From assembly GCA_039815485.1 (NCBI GenBank), contig JBCBZD010000002.1, positions 269,933 to 333,932 of the forward strand: a stretch of DNA of 64,000 nucleotides, written 5' to 3'. A program made the translations under genes and the position numbers. Shown one piece after another: positions 45,880 through 56,320 of this stretch. Under the pieces are notes generated by a model, which made no database searches, was not told the DNA's origin, and saw only the letters and a program-made list of their open reading frames with translations. The stretch's first letter is position 1; each line of letters opens with the position of its first letter. The stretch is from Pseudomonadota bacterium. GTDB lineage: Bacteria > Pseudomonadota > Alphaproteobacteria > Caulobacterales > Hyphomonadaceae.

Positions 45880-46200
45880 CTAGTTTGGCTGGGGGTCGGA
45901 CAAAACGCCGACGATTTCATCGAGGGAACGGCCGGTTTCGCGCGCCCACATGCCGCAAAGCTCACGCAGCAGGTCTGCACGATCTGATTGCGCGAGCGGT
46001 GCGTTCGCCCGGACTGAGATAATCGACGACGTGCTCGGTTTGGCAGCCGTAAATCCGCTACCTTCAGGTATTGCGGTCCAGTTGATTTCAGCAGGTTCGC
46101 CAAAGCTTCGTTGTGTGAAATCGTTCAGGTTGGCGCGCAAGACAGCCTCGGTTTCAGCTGAGACCTGTCCGGCCTGAACAATACAATTGCAGGGGATCAT
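45880..46200 (-). CDS. Hypothetical protein, possibly a tautomerase-fold partner
   Basis: 106-aa ORF in operon spacing (9 nt before the next gene, 3 nt after the regulator). Confidence 0.7.
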   Translation of the reverse strand: MIPCNCIVQAGQVSAETEAVLRANLNDFTQRSFGEPAEINWTAIPEGSGFTAAKPSTSSIISVRANAPLAQSDRADLLRELCGMWARETGRSLDEIVGVLSDPQPN

Positions 46201-46203
46201 CCT

Positions 46204-46689
46204 TTACTCCTCTTCTTCAGTCCAAATCTTCGGGGGCGCGCCATTGGCACGGCGCATGCCGACAGCCCGAAGCGCCATCACCTCCCCATCCTCATCGCGT
46301 GGCCAGATACGCGGCAGTTGTTCGCCGGACGCCTTGACCGTAATAACGGTGGATGGGCCTTTTTCATGGGCAACCCACTTATCGCCCCACTGTGCGAGTG
46401 CGATAATCACCGGAGCGAGCTCTCGACCCCGTTCGGTAAGCGCATATTCCTCGTATGTCAGACCGCTGCCTGCGGGTACTTTCTCCAGAATGCCGCCTTC
46501 AACCAGATCGTTCAGACGACTGGTCAGGGTGTTCTTGGCGATGCCGAGATTCTCCTGAAAGTGCTTGAACCGCCGCGCGCCCATCATCGCATCGCGAATA
46601 ATCAGCAAAGACCACCATGACCCGACATGATCGAGTGTCCGGGCAATTGAGCATTGCATATTTGAGAAGGACTTCGTTTTCATCGCCAT
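46204..46689 (-). CDS. HxlR-family winged-helix regulator
   Basis: CSIARTLDHVGSWWSLLIIR and EYALTERGRELAP motifs. Confidence 0.9.
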   Translation of the reverse strand: MAMKTKSFSNMQCSIARTLDHVGSWWSLLIIRDAMMGARRFKHFQENLGIAKNTLTSRLNDLVEGGILEKVPAGSGLTYEEYALTERGRELAPVIIALAQWGDKWVAHEKGPSTVITVKASGEQLPRIWPRDEDGEVMALRAVGMRRANGAPPKIWTEEEE

Positions 46690-46694
46690 GCTTG

Positions 46695-46745
46695 TTGGTT
46701 GCAATATAGGACCGTGTAGCCTAAGTGGTCTTATATTGCAACCAA
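46695..46745. promoter_or_regulatory. Paired operator between the divergent HxlR and GST genes
   Basis: 19-bp inverted repeat TTGGTTGCAATATA(G/A)GACC with 1 mismatch and a 13-bp spacer; each arm is itself GGT-N11-ACC. Confidence 0.75.
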
Positions 46746-46798
46746 GAAATTTTCGCCCTCCCGTTTGTCGCAATCGTTTTCCCGGAAAGGAATGAAAC

Positions 46799-47473
46799 AT
46801 GCAGCTCAAAGTTCACGGAACGATCTTGTCGCCCTGGGTCCGCCGATTGGTGGTGTTTATCGAGGAAAAGGAGCTTCCCTACGAGATTATCAACGTCGTC
46901 CCGCTTGGCGATCCAGATCCAGACTTTCTAAAGATCAGCCCACTTGGCAAAGTGCCTGTGCTCGAGTTCAACGGTCGCTTTTTACCGGACTCGCTCGCAG
47001 CGTGCACGCTTTTGGAGGCTGAGGTTCAGGATCCAGCACTGTTTCCTAAACGGGGTTGGGATCAAGGATGGATGCTTTGGCTTTGCGACTATCTCGCCAC
47101 GGCATTCTTCTCAAAAGTTGAAGCGCCGTTGTTTATTCAGCGTTTTATTAATCCGAACTTTCGCAAGACTGAGCCGGATCAAACGATCGTGGATCAAGCC
47201 CTGGCGATTATGCCTCAGGTTTTTGATTATCTGGAATCACAGCTCTTGAATGGACGGCCATACTTGCTTGGGGATCAGGTTACGCTTGCGGATCTCACTG
47301 CGGGCAGCATCTTCGTGAATTTCCTCCATGCTGGCGAAACCGTCGATGCTAACCGCTGGCCCAATCTTGCCGACTATGTTGCGCGGATGCTTGTCCGTCC
47401 GTCATTTGAAAACGTTCTGGAGAGGGAACGCGAAGCGGTCGGGTCCGTCTCACCGCTGTTTGCGGGTGTCTAA
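46799..47473 (+). CDS. Glutathione S-transferase family protein
   Basis: SPWVRR, SPLGKVP, DS and YLLGDQVTLADL motifs. Confidence 0.92.
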   Translation: MQLKVHGTILSPWVRRLVVFIEEKELPYEIINVVPLGDPDPDFLKISPLGKVPVLEFNGRFLPDSLAACTLLEAEVQDPALFPKRGWDQGWMLWLCDYLATAFFSKVEAPLFIQRFINPNFRKTEPDQTIVDQALAIMPQVFDYLESQLLNGRPYLLGDQVTLADLTAGSIFVNFLHAGETVDANRWPNLADYVARMLVRPSFENVLEREREAVGSVSPLFAGV

Positions 47474-47520
47474 ACGCCTTAGACGAGTATCTGCTTCACA
47501 GGATTTGATTTTTCTGACTG

Positions 47521-47553
47521 AATACTAACTCACGTCATGACTTACCTAGTATT
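47521..47553. promoter_or_regulatory. Palindrome upstream of the desaturase gene
   Basis: AATACTA-N6-GTCATGAC-N5-TAGTATT. Confidence 0.35.
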
Positions 47554-47562
47554 GGATTTTCG

Positions 47563-48486
47563 ATGGCTGCACTTGAGATCGATGAAAAAGCCGAAGCGCG
47601 GGCGTTGACCCCGAAAGTCGCGGTCCCAACGCTGCTCTATGTGCCGTTCATCTGGGCAGTACATGGCAGTATGCTTTACGCAGCGCTTTCTGGTATTGGC
47701 AGCTACTGGATGTGGACCATCCCGCTCGGCTATATCGCCTTCTGCCACTATACCTATGTGCATGAGGCAATTCATGGAAACATATTGCCGAACGGGCGCT
47801 TCAATCGATTGTTCCAGGAGGGGCTCGGGTGGATCGGCGCGGTGACCCTGTTTGCTAATTGGCCGCTATTGAGCCGCACGCATAAAGGCCATCACAGCCA
47901 TACCAATACAGATCAGGATCCGGATGTGTTTGTGCAGAAGGCGCTTTGGCGGCTGCTTTTGCGAAACGCGATAACAACATCACTGCTGCTGGTTCCGATC
48001 CCGGTTCTGAAATTGCTGGTGCGCGATCGGTCGCCAGCTATGGGCTATTTCAACGCCGATATTGCCATGACATCGGCAGAGCGGCGCGGGCATTATATCG
48101 CAAATGCGATTATGGTCGGCGCAGTCTGGGGCCTCGTCTTTAGCGGTTTTGCGGCAGAGGTTTTCCTGCTATATTTCATTCCCGCCATGCTTGGATATAG
48201 CTTCCTGGCGGTGGTCTTCATCTGGTTGCCGCACCATCCGTTTGAGCGGGGGGATCGTTATCACACGACCCGCAATCTGGGGCATCGCTGGCTCAATCCG
48301 ATCCTGCAGCAGCAGAACTGGCATCTGATGCACCATCTCTGGCCCTCTGTGCCGTTCTATAATTATGAGAAACTTTATCATCGGCTGAAGCCCGTGCTGA
48401 TCGAGAAAGGCGCGCGTTACAATGATGGAATTGTGCCGAAGGAACCAAGGGCGACAGGTGATTCTGCCTCTGTGCCTGCCGAATAG
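47563..48486 (+). CDS. Membrane fatty-acid desaturase/hydroxylase superfamily protein
   Basis: His boxes HEAIH, HKGHH and HLMHH. Confidence 0.88.
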   Translation: MAALEIDEKAEARALTPKVAVPTLLYVPFIWAVHGSMLYAALSGIGSYWMWTIPLGYIAFCHYTYVHEAIHGNILPNGRFNRLFQEGLGWIGAVTLFANWPLLSRTHKGHHSHTNTDQDPDVFVQKALWRLLLRNAITTSLLLVPIPVLKLLVRDRSPAMGYFNADIAMTSAERRGHYIANAIMVGAVWGLVFSGFAAEVFLLYFIPAMLGYSFLAVVFIWLPHHPFERGDRYHTTRNLGHRWLNPILQQQNWHLMHHLWPSVPFYNYEKLYHRLKPVLIEKGARYNDGIVPKEPRATGDSASVPAE

Positions 48487-48661
48487 GCAGTGTGCGGTAG
48501 AAAATTAAAAAATCAGCAAATCGGACAAGTTTTTTCAACCTCCGTAGCGATATAGTTAACAGACTGTAAAAATTGGACTTTCTGACGTTTTGTACACTCA
48601 GGCAGGCCTTTGTTCCGAATAATTCCCTATTTGTATTCACTTTGTTTTTGCGCGCTGTGGT

Positions 48662-48770
48662 TGTGGATAATCCGAATCGCTTGAATCACCCATTTGAATC
48701 CAATCATTCCCATGTTATCCCATAATCTAACAAGCTGAGCCCAAATGGGTTCTGCCGGGGCATGATGGGA
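48662..48770. promoter_or_regulatory. dcw promoter: DnaA box, three GANTC sites and MraZ repeat arrays
   Basis: TGTGGATAA at 48662-48670; GAATC at 48674, 48683 and 48696; TGG(G/A)N at 10-bp period four times on minus (48688-48722) and three times on plus (48746-48770). Confidence 0.7.
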
Positions 48771-48778
48771 GTTGGCGC

Positions 48779-49273
48779 GTGTTTGTCTCGACGCATGAGA
48801 CATCGTTGGATTCGAAAGGTCGGGTATCTGTCCCGGCCTCGTTTCGTCATGCCTTGGGCGGCGGGACGCGCATCTTCCTGTGGCCTGCATCCGATGGCTC
48901 GCCTTGTCTTGAGGGCGGCGGTGAAGCGTTGATGGCGACCTATCGTCAGACGCTGGCCCGGATGAGCCCGAATGACCCGGCGCGGCGCGCCTTCATGCAC
49001 GCCATCTTCACCCGCTCGGCGGATTTGAAGATGGACGATACGGGCCGGATTTCGATCCCCAAGCCGCTGCTGGCGGCGGCGGGCATCACCAAGGAAATGA
49101 TTTTTGCCGGTTCGCTCGACCGTTTCCATGTCTGGGAGCCGTCGCGTTTTGCGGCTTTCGATATGGATATGGCTGAACAGCTTGAGACCCATCAGTCTGC
49201 TATTGAGGCCCCGTTTCAGGCTGCGCTTGCGGCAGGCGGGATCCTCGGCGTTGTCGGCGGGGAGGAGAGCTGA
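48779..49273 (+). CDS. mraZ: Division/cell-wall cluster repressor MraZ
   Basis: LDSKGRVSVPASFR and MDDTGRISIP motifs; GTG start. Confidence 0.95.
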   Translation: MFVSTHETSLDSKGRVSVPASFRHALGGGTRIFLWPASDGSPCLEGGGEALMATYRQTLARMSPNDPARRAFMHAIFTRSADLKMDDTGRISIPKPLLAAAGITKEMIFAGSLDRFHVWEPSRFAAFDMDMAEQLETHQSAIEAPFQAALAAGGILGVVGGEES

Positions 49274-50265
49274 TGGCGCATATCCCGGTCCTGCTGCCCG
49301 AAGTGATCGAGGCGCTTCAGCCCACGGATGGCGAAACCTATGTTGACGGTACGTTTGGCGGCGGCGGTTATGCGCTGCGTGTCCTCGCCGCCGCAGACTG
49401 CACATTGTACGGGATAGACCGCGATCTCGACGCGATTGAGCGGGCAGAGATGATCGCTGCCGATCAGCCGCGATTGATCCCGCTCATGGGTCGCTTTGGC
49501 GACCTGGAGCCGCTGTTGCTGAACGCCGGCATCCGCTCGGTTGACGGTGTGATGCTCGATATTGGCGTGTCCTCTTTCCAGATCGACGAAGGCGTGCGCG
49601 GGTTCTCTTTTATGCGCGACGGACCGCTCGATATGCGCATGGGCCAGGCCGGTCCAAGCGCGGCGGATGTCGTCAATACACTGCCCGAGTCCGAGCTCGC
49701 CGCGATCATTCGCCAGCTCGGGGAAGAACGCCAGGCACGCCGGATCGCGAAAACGCTGGTTGAGCGTAGAGTTTCGCAACCTTTTTCGACGACGCTCGAC
49801 CTTGCAGAGACAATCGAACAGGCGGTTGGCGGTCGGCGCGGCAAGAAAACCCATCCGGCAACGCTGACCTTTCAGGCGGTGCGTATGTTTGTAAATGATG
49901 AGCTTGGGGAACTGGCGCGGGGGCTGGCAGCAGCAGAGCGGATGCTCTCACCCGGCGGCCGCCTGGTCGTGGTGACCTTCCATTCGCTGGAGGACCGTCT
50001 GGTCAAACGCTTCATGCGGGATCGGTCCGGCGAAACCGCGGGTGGCTCGCGCTATCTGCCGGAACGCGAAAAAGGCCCGGACCCGACTTTCCTGCTGCCA
50101 CAGCGCAAGGCGATTGAGCCAGGCGAGGCTGAGGTGCGCGCCAATCCACGGGCCCGTTCTGCGCGCCTGCGCGTCGGGGCGCGGACCGAAGCGCCGATCT
50201 GGGACAAGCCGGTGGAGACCGGAATGCGCCTGCCAAGTCTTGCAGATGTGGAGGTCGCAGCATGA
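49273..50265 (+). CDS. rsmH: 16S rRNA m4C1402 methyltransferase
   Basis: HIPVLL, DGTFGGGGY, DIGVSSFQ, GPLDMRM and FHSLEDR motifs. Confidence 0.96.
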   Translation: MAHIPVLLPEVIEALQPTDGETYVDGTFGGGGYALRVLAAADCTLYGIDRDLDAIERAEMIAADQPRLIPLMGRFGDLEPLLLNAGIRSVDGVMLDIGVSSFQIDEGVRGFSFMRDGPLDMRMGQAGPSAADVVNTLPESELAAIIRQLGEERQARRIAKTLVERRVSQPFSTTLDLAETIEQAVGGRRGKKTHPATLTFQAVRMFVNDELGELARGLAAAERMLSPGGRLVVVTFHSLEDRLVKRFMRDRSGETAGGSRYLPEREKGPDPTFLLPQRKAIEPGEAEVRANPRARSARLRVGARTEAPIWDKPVETGMRLPSLADVEVAA

Positions 50266-50600
50266 GTAAGCGCGCGTTCTTCTTTGGACTGGCCGTGATC
50301 GCGGTGCTGATCTTCAGTCTCTATCGGGCCAAATTTGGCGCGCGGGAAACCGTGCAAGAGATCGCCAAGGTCGAGGCAGAGATCGAAACCGCTTTGGCTG
50401 AGCAAGCTGATCTTCTGGCTGAGTTCAGTCACCGCTCCCGTCAGGAATGGATTGAAGACTATGCCCGCACACAGCTTGGCATGGTCCCGGCGCGCGCGGA
50501 ACAGTTCGTGAAGCCCGGTGATCTTGATGCTTTGACCGGTCCGCCGCTCGTGTCGGAGCAGCCGCGCCCTTCGCAAGGGGAGGCGCCTGATGCGCAATAG
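50262..50600 (+). CDS. ftsL: Cell division protein FtsL-like
   Basis: Single TM plus coiled coil, located between rsmH and ftsI. Confidence 0.75.
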   Translation: MSKRAFFFGLAVIAVLIFSLYRAKFGARETVQEIAKVEAEIETALAEQADLLAEFSHRSRQEWIEDYARTQLGMVPARAEQFVKPGDLDALTGPPLVSEQPRPSQGEAPDAQ

Positions 50601-52245
50601 TCAGGATTCTGCGGCGACCATGCGCGGCGGTGATATGCGCTCGCGGCTGGTTTCGATCTGCATGCTGGCCCTGTTTGCCGTAATTGCGATCAAGGGTGCG
50701 ACCGTCGCGCTGAACGCAGAGCGGGCGTCAGGCGGTGTCGCAACTGCGTTTGAAGCGCCGATCAAGCGAGCGGACATTGTTGATCGCAATGGCGACCTGC
50801 TTGCAACCTCGGTCACCGTCTACTCGCTGTTTGCTGATCCGCGCGCGATGATGGATGGGGATCTTGTCGCGCAAGAGCTCTCGCGGGTTCTGCCTGATCT
50901 TGATGTCGAGCGCATTTCTGCGCGCCTCGCCAATAAAGAGCGGGCCTTCGTCTGGATCCGGCGCGGTTTGACCCCGCGCGAGCGTCAGGCAGTGTTTGCG
51001 CTTGGGCTCGAGGGGCTCGGCTTTCGCGAGGAAACCCGCCGGGCTTATCCGCGCGGGACGCTGGCTGGCCATGTGCTTGGCTATGCGGGCGCTGACGGGC
51101 AGGGGCTAGGCGGGGTTGAATACGCGCTTGATGACCGTCTGGCCAAGGGCGGTGATCCCCTCGCGCTGACCATCAATTCCAATATCCAGTTCAGCCTTGA
51201 GGCAGAGCTTGCGGCTGCCGTCGGCGAATATGATGCAGAGGCGGCTGCAGGTATTGTCATGGCCGCCCAATCTGGCGAGGTCCTTGGGCTGGCAAGCTGG
51301 CCGCCGCTTGATCCCAATCAGGCGACCCGGCTCAGCCGTGATGACCCGACCCTGCTTAATCGGGCGACCGGCGCGGTCTATGAACTTGGATCGGTGTTCA
51401 AGCCCCTCACCATCGCTGGCGCGATTGATGCGGGCGCAGTGCGCCCCAGCGACAAGTTCGATGTGCGCGACCCACTGATCATTCGTGGCATGGAAATCAG
51501 CGACACACACCCAATCGCTGCGCGCGCGACACCTGCTGAGATCGTCTCGGAGAGCTCGAACATCGGCACGGTTAAAGTCGCCTGGCAGATGGGCGTGCGC
51601 CGCCAGCAGGAGTTCATGTCCTCCCTCGGCCTGTTCGAGCGTGCCCCGATTGAGCTGGCGGGCAGCGCCGCGCCGCTTCTACCAGAACAGTTTGATGACC
51701 TCTCCAGCGCCACAGCCAGCTACGGCCATGGCATCGCGGTCTCGCCGATGGCCTTTGCGGCTGCCTTCTCGTCGCTCGCCAATGCCGGTGAAACCGTCAC
51801 GCCAACCTTGGTGCGTGACCCGGATCGCAAGCCCCGCCGCAAGCGCGTGCTGTCTGCGCCAACCGCGGCGCTCGTCACCCAGATGATGCGGCGTGCGGTC
51901 TTGTCCGGCACCGGCACACGCGCCGAGGTTGCAGGTTACCGCGTTGCGGGTAAAACCGGCACAGCTGAGAAGCCGATTGCTGGCGGATATTCCGAAACCG
52001 AGAATATTTGCAGCTTTGCCGCTCTGTTTCCCGCAGATAGCCCTGAATATGTCGTATTGATCGTGCTGGACTCTCCTAAGGCGGGTGCGGATCGCGGTCG
52101 GACAGCATCCTGGAATGCTGCCCCGACGGCTGGCCGGGTTATCGATCGGATTGCACCCATGCTGGGTGTTGAGCCGCGCTTCGATGATCTGAACCGGTCG
52201 GGTCCGCAGGTTCGCTCCGTCTCAGAGAGAAGGAGTTCGCTTTGA
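50590..52245 (+). CDS. ftsI: Penicillin-binding protein 3
   Basis: RADIVDRNG, SVFK (SxxK), SSN and KTG motifs. Confidence 0.93.
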   Translation: MRNSQDSAATMRGGDMRSRLVSICMLALFAVIAIKGATVALNAERASGGVATAFEAPIKRADIVDRNGDLLATSVTVYSLFADPRAMMDGDLVAQELSRVLPDLDVERISARLANKERAFVWIRRGLTPRERQAVFALGLEGLGFREETRRAYPRGTLAGHVLGYAGADGQGLGGVEYALDDRLAKGGDPLALTINSNIQFSLEAELAAAVGEYDAEAAAGIVMAAQSGEVLGLASWPPLDPNQATRLSRDDPTLLNRATGAVYELGSVFKPLTIAGAIDAGAVRPSDKFDVRDPLIIRGMEISDTHPIAARATPAEIVSESSNIGTVKVAWQMGVRRQQEFMSSLGLFERAPIELAGSAAPLLPEQFDDLSSATASYGHGIAVSPMAFAAAFSSLANAGETVTPTLVRDPDRKPRRKRVLSAPTAALVTQMMRRAVLSGTGTRAEVAGYRVAGKTGTAEKPIAGGYSETENICSFAALFPADSPEYVVLIVLDSPKAGADRGRTASWNAAPTAGRVIDRIAPMLGVEPRFDDLNRSGPQVRSVSERRSSL

Positions 52246-53681
52246 TATTACGAGATCTGTTTCCAGGCTTAACTGGCGAGGCAGGCCATGCCCCGGTTCG
52301 CGGCCTCACCGCCGACAGCCGCAAGGTTGAGCCCGGCTTTGTTTTTGCCGCGCTGCAAGGCGTTGTTGCCGACGGGCGGGCTTACATTCCCCAGGCGATT
52401 GCGGCGGGCGCCACTGCGGTGCTCGGCAAGGACTTACCAGCGATGGACGCGGCCGCAATAGAGGCTGATGAGCCGCGTCTTGCGCTCGCCCAGGCGTCCG
52501 CCCGGTTCTATCCGCAGCAGCCTGAAACGATTGTTGCGATTACCGGAACCAACGGGAAAAGTTCAACTGTGGACTTCCTACGTCAGATCTGGGCCAGCAG
52601 CGGCCTGAAAGCGGCGTCCATGGGAACGCTTGGAGCGATTGGTCCAAGCGGGCATATCGACCTTGGCCACACCACCCCGGACCCAGTCGCGATCCACGCC
52701 ACGCTCCAGGCCCTTGCGGCAGAGGGCGTGCAGCATGCCGCGATGGAGGCCTCCTCGCATGGTCTTGCCCAATACAGACTGGACGCGGTGAAACTCGGCG
52801 CCGTCGCCTTCACCAATCTGACGCAAGACCATCTCGACTATCACGGCACGATGGAGGAGTACCGGGCCGCCAAGACCCGTCTCTTCTCTGAACTTGCGCC
52901 AAAGGGCGTTCCGGCGATCGTCAATGCTGACAGTGACCAGCGCCTGTTCTTTGAACAAGCCGCCCTCGATGCAGGCCTCGCAGTTGTTTCCGTTGGCTGG
53001 CGCGGTGAAGACCTCAAGATTGAGGAATTGATGCCGAAAGCCACCGGGCAGCGCCTCTTTGTCAGCTGGCGCGGGGCCAAAGCAGCAATTGATCTCCCCC
53101 TGATCGGGGAGTTTCAGGCCCTCAACGCGCTCACCGCCGCCGGTCTGGCGCTGGCTGGCGGTATGGAGCTGCAAGCTGTCGCTGATGGTCTCGCGGCGCT
53201 CAAACCCGTCAAAGGTCGTCTCGAATATGTCGGCGAAACAGGTCAGGGCGCGGGTGTTTTTGTTGACTATGCCCACACGCCTGCCGGCCTGGACGTTCTG
53301 ATCCGCGCCGCGCGTCCGCATACGGCTGGGCGTCTCGTTGTCGTCTTAGGCGCAGGCGGCGACCGCGACAAGGGCAAGCGCCCGCAAATGGGCGCGATTG
53401 CTGCCAAGCATGCTGATCTGGTGATTGTCACAGACGACAATCCCCGCTCTGAAGATCCGGCCACAATCCGCGCTGAGATCATGACTACTGTGCCGAACGG
53501 TATTGAGATTGGGGATCGCGGCGAGGCCATCGCTCAGGCCATCGCGGGTCTCAAGAAAGGCGACACGCTGCTCATCGCCGGCAAGGGCCACGAGACCGGC
53601 CAGATTGTCGGTGACACAGTCATTCCCTTCTCAGACCAAGAGACAGCGCTCGCTGCCCTTAACGAGGTGGCCAATGCCTGA
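52242..53681 (+). CDS. murE: UDP-MurNAc-tripeptide synthetase
   Basis: TGTNGKS, MEASSHG, DYAHTP, GGDRD and DNPR motifs; TTG start. Confidence 0.96.
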   Translation: MILRDLFPGLTGEAGHAPVRGLTADSRKVEPGFVFAALQGVVADGRAYIPQAIAAGATAVLGKDLPAMDAAAIEADEPRLALAQASARFYPQQPETIVAITGTNGKSSTVDFLRQIWASSGLKAASMGTLGAIGPSGHIDLGHTTPDPVAIHATLQALAAEGVQHAAMEASSHGLAQYRLDAVKLGAVAFTNLTQDHLDYHGTMEEYRAAKTRLFSELAPKGVPAIVNADSDQRLFFEQAALDAGLAVVSVGWRGEDLKIEELMPKATGQRLFVSWRGAKAAIDLPLIGEFQALNALTAAGLALAGGMELQAVADGLAALKPVKGRLEYVGETGQGAGVFVDYAHTPAGLDVLIRAARPHTAGRLVVVLGAGGDRDKGKRPQMGAIAAKHADLVIVTDDNPRSEDPATIRAEIMTTVPNGIEIGDRGEAIAQAIAGLKKGDTLLIAGKGHETGQIVGDTVIPFSDQETALAALNEVANA

Positions 53682-55125
53682 TCCGCTCTGGACCTCCGCA
53701 GAAATCGCAACGGCAACACGAGGCACCGTAACGGCTGACTTCGACGTGACCGGTCTTTCGATCGACACGCGCAGCCTGGAGCCGGGCGATCTGTTCGTGG
53801 CCCTGAAAGACGTGCGCGACGGACATGAGTTTGCCAGCAACGCCTTCAAAGCCGGGGCCAGCGGCGCGCTGGTCAGCCGCGAGGTTGAGGGCAGCCCGGT
53901 TGTGCAGGTTGATGACGTGCTTCCGGCGCTTGAGGCGATGGGGCTGAACGCCCGGGACCGGGCAGAGGACTGCTACCGCGTCGCGGTCACAGGCTCTGTT
54001 GGAAAAACCAGCGTGAAGGAAATGATGGCGCGGATGTTTCGCGCCCTTGGCCCGGCGCACTGGAACGTCAAAAGCTTCAACAATCACTGGGGTGTGCCAC
54101 TGACGCTGGCTCGCATGCCGCGCGAGACGAAACGCGCTGTGTTCGAAATTGGCATGAACACCCCCGGCGAGATCGCCCCGCGCAGCGCTATGGTTCAGCC
54201 GCATGCCGCTATGGTCACCAAGATTGCCCCAGCCCACCTCGAAGGGCTTGGCAGCATTGAGGGCGTCGCCCGCGAGAAAGCAGACATTTTTACTGGTCTG
54301 CAACCGGGTGGGGCGGCCATTCTCCCGCTGGATGACGATTTTGCCCCGCTTTTGTCAGACCGTGCGAAGGCGCTGCAGCCGGACTGCCGTATTCTGACCT
54401 TCGGGGTTGGCCCGGGCCCGGATGCTTCTGTGGTTGAAACCAGCAGCAATGGCCGAACGACAACCTGTCTCATCAGCGTGCACGGACGCGAGGTCTCGTT
54501 CACTTTGAACGCGGTTGGCGACCACTGGGCGCTCAATGCGGCGGCTGCACTGCTTGCGGTCTGCCCGGACGGCCCAGAGCACGTTGGCGCTGCAGCGAAC
54601 GCGCTCGACGGCTATGCGCCGCCCCCGGGACGCGGCACGACCGAAACACTGGCGCTACCCGGCGGCGGAGAGATCACGCTGATCGATGACGCCTATAATG
54701 CCAATCCGGAAAGCATGCGCGCGGCGCTCTCTGGCTTTGCGACCCGGCCCTGTACAGGACGCCGGATTGTTGCCCTTGGTGAGATGCTGGAAGTTGGGCC
54801 AACCTCCGAGGCCGAGCACGCTGCCCTTGCGGAACCGATTCTGTCTGCCGGGGCGGATATCGTCTTCCTTGCAGGGCAGGGTATGCAGCCTCTTGTGGAT
54901 AAGCTCCGTGAACGAACAGAGTCCAAATGGGCCGTCAAGGCGCAAGAGCTGGAATCTGAGCTAAAATTCACGGTTAAAAGCGGTGATGTCCTGTTGCTAA
55001 AAGGGTCGAATGCCTCCGGAATGGGACAGCTCGCAGACCGCCTGCGCCAATGGAGTGCAGCGGCAGACGAGACACTGATGGCAAGCGGTGCAGAACGCGC
55101 TGCGAGGGGTAAAAATGTTGTATGA
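53674..55125 (+). CDS. murF: UDP-MurNAc-pentapeptide synthetase
   Basis: [22 protein letters not shown] and KGS motifs. Start placed at MPDPLW. Confidence 0.95.
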   Translation: MPDPLWTSAEIATATRGTVTADFDVTGLSIDTRSLEPGDLFVALKDVRDGHEFASNAFKAGASGALVSREVEGSPVVQVDDVLPALEAMGLNARDRAEDCYRVAVTGSVGKTSVKEMMARMFRALGPAHWNVKSFNNHWGVPLTLARMPRETKRAVFEIGMNTPGEIAPRSAMVQPHAAMVTKIAPAHLEGLGSIEGVAREKADIFTGLQPGGAAILPLDDDFAPLLSDRAKALQPDCRILTFGVGPGPDASVVETSSNGRTTTCLISVHGREVSFTLNAVGDHWALNAAAALLAVCPDGPEHVGAAANALDGYAPPPGRGTTETLALPGGGEITLIDDAYNANPESMRAALSGFATRPCTGRRIVALGEMLEVGPTSEAEHAALAEPILSAGADIVFLAGQGMQPLVDKLRERTESKWAVKAQELESELKFTVKSGDVLLLKGSNASGMGQLADRLRQWSAAADETLMASGAERAARGKNVV

Positions 55126-56308
55126 ATGGCTCGCCGCTGATGACGGCGTCTTTCGACTATTAAATTACCTGACCTTCCGGACAGGGGCCGCCCTTATGAC
55201 GGCTTTTCTGTTCACGGTGCTGACCGGTGGCTGGTTGATCGACACATTGCGCGCGCGCCAGGGCAAGGGACAGCCTATCCGCGATCTGTCACTCGAGGCG
55301 CAAATGGCCAAGCAGGGCACGCCAACAATGGGCGGTTTCCTGATCTGGATCGGCCTGCTGCTCGGCACCTTGCTCTTCGCGGATCTGAAAAACCCTTACA
55401 TCTGGGTGGTTTTGTTCGTCTCGCTGTCATTCGCGGTACTCGGTTTCCTCGATGATTATGCCAAGGTCACAAAGCAGAGCACGGACGGCGTCTCGGCACG
55501 CGTGCGCCTGCTGACAGAGTTTATTGTTGCCGCCCTTGCCGGGGCCTTCATCATGGGGCTTCACGGCGCGCATACACCGCTTGGTCATGCCGACTGGGGC
55601 GCGATGACGCCGCTTGCAGAATGGATTGCCAGCGTCGCCCCTGAAACCTCGGTTGAACGCAATGAGGCGAGCTTTTCCGGCGGCGTGGCTGTGCCTTTTG
55701 TAAATGACTATTTCCTACCCCTTGGCGGTCTGTTCGTCATCTTCGCCTCGATTGTGATTGTCGGCTTTGCCAATGCGGTGAACTTCACCGATGGCCTCGA
55801 CGGTCTGGCGATTGTGCCGATGATGTTCTCGGCGGGTGCTTATGCGATGATTGCCTACCTGACCGGCAACTTCGTCTTCTCTGACTATTTGGGCATCCAG
55901 TTCACGCCCGGCGCCGGTGAACTGGCCGTTCTGCTCGGTGCGATGATGGGCGCGGGCATGGGCTTTCTCTGGTACAATGCCTATCCCGCCAAAGTCTTTA
56001 TGGGCGATACCGGCTCGCTTGGTCTTGGCGGCATGATCGGCGTTGTCGCGGTCGCGATTAAGCACGAGTTCGCGCTGGTAGTGATTGGCGGTCTGTTCGT
56101 GATCGAAGTGCTATCTGTCGTCATGCAGATCAGCTGGTTCAAGATCACCCGCAAACTGACCGGCGAGGGCAAGCGCATCTTCCTGATGGCGCCCCTGCAT
56201 CATCACTTTCAGAAGAAGCAATGGCCCGAAACCCGGGTCGTGGTTCGCTTCTGGATTGTCTCTGTTCTCTTCGCCCTTGCGGGCCTTGCAACCCTGAAGC
56301 TGAGGTAA
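55115..56308 (+). CDS. mraY: Phospho-MurNAc-pentapeptide transferase
   Basis: [31 protein letters not shown] and APLHHHF motifs. Confidence 0.97.
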   Translation: MLYEWLAADDGVFRLLNYLTFRTGAALMTAFLFTVLTGGWLIDTLRARQGKGQPIRDLSLEAQMAKQGTPTMGGFLIWIGLLLGTLLFADLKNPYIWVVLFVSLSFAVLGFLDDYAKVTKQSTDGVSARVRLLTEFIVAALAGAFIMGLHGAHTPLGHADWGAMTPLAEWIASVAPETSVERNEASFSGGVAVPFVNDYFLPLGGLFVIFASIVIVGFANAVNFTDGLDGLAIVPMMFSAGAYAMIAYLTGNFVFSDYLGIQFTPGAGELAVLLGAMMGAGMGFLWYNAYPAKVFMGDTGSLGLGGMIGVVAVAIKHEFALVVIGGLFVIEVLSVVMQISWFKITRKLTGEGKRIFLMAPLHHHFQKKQWPETRVVVRFWIVSVLFALAGLATLKLR

Positions 56309-56320
56309 CCGGCGCACGCG

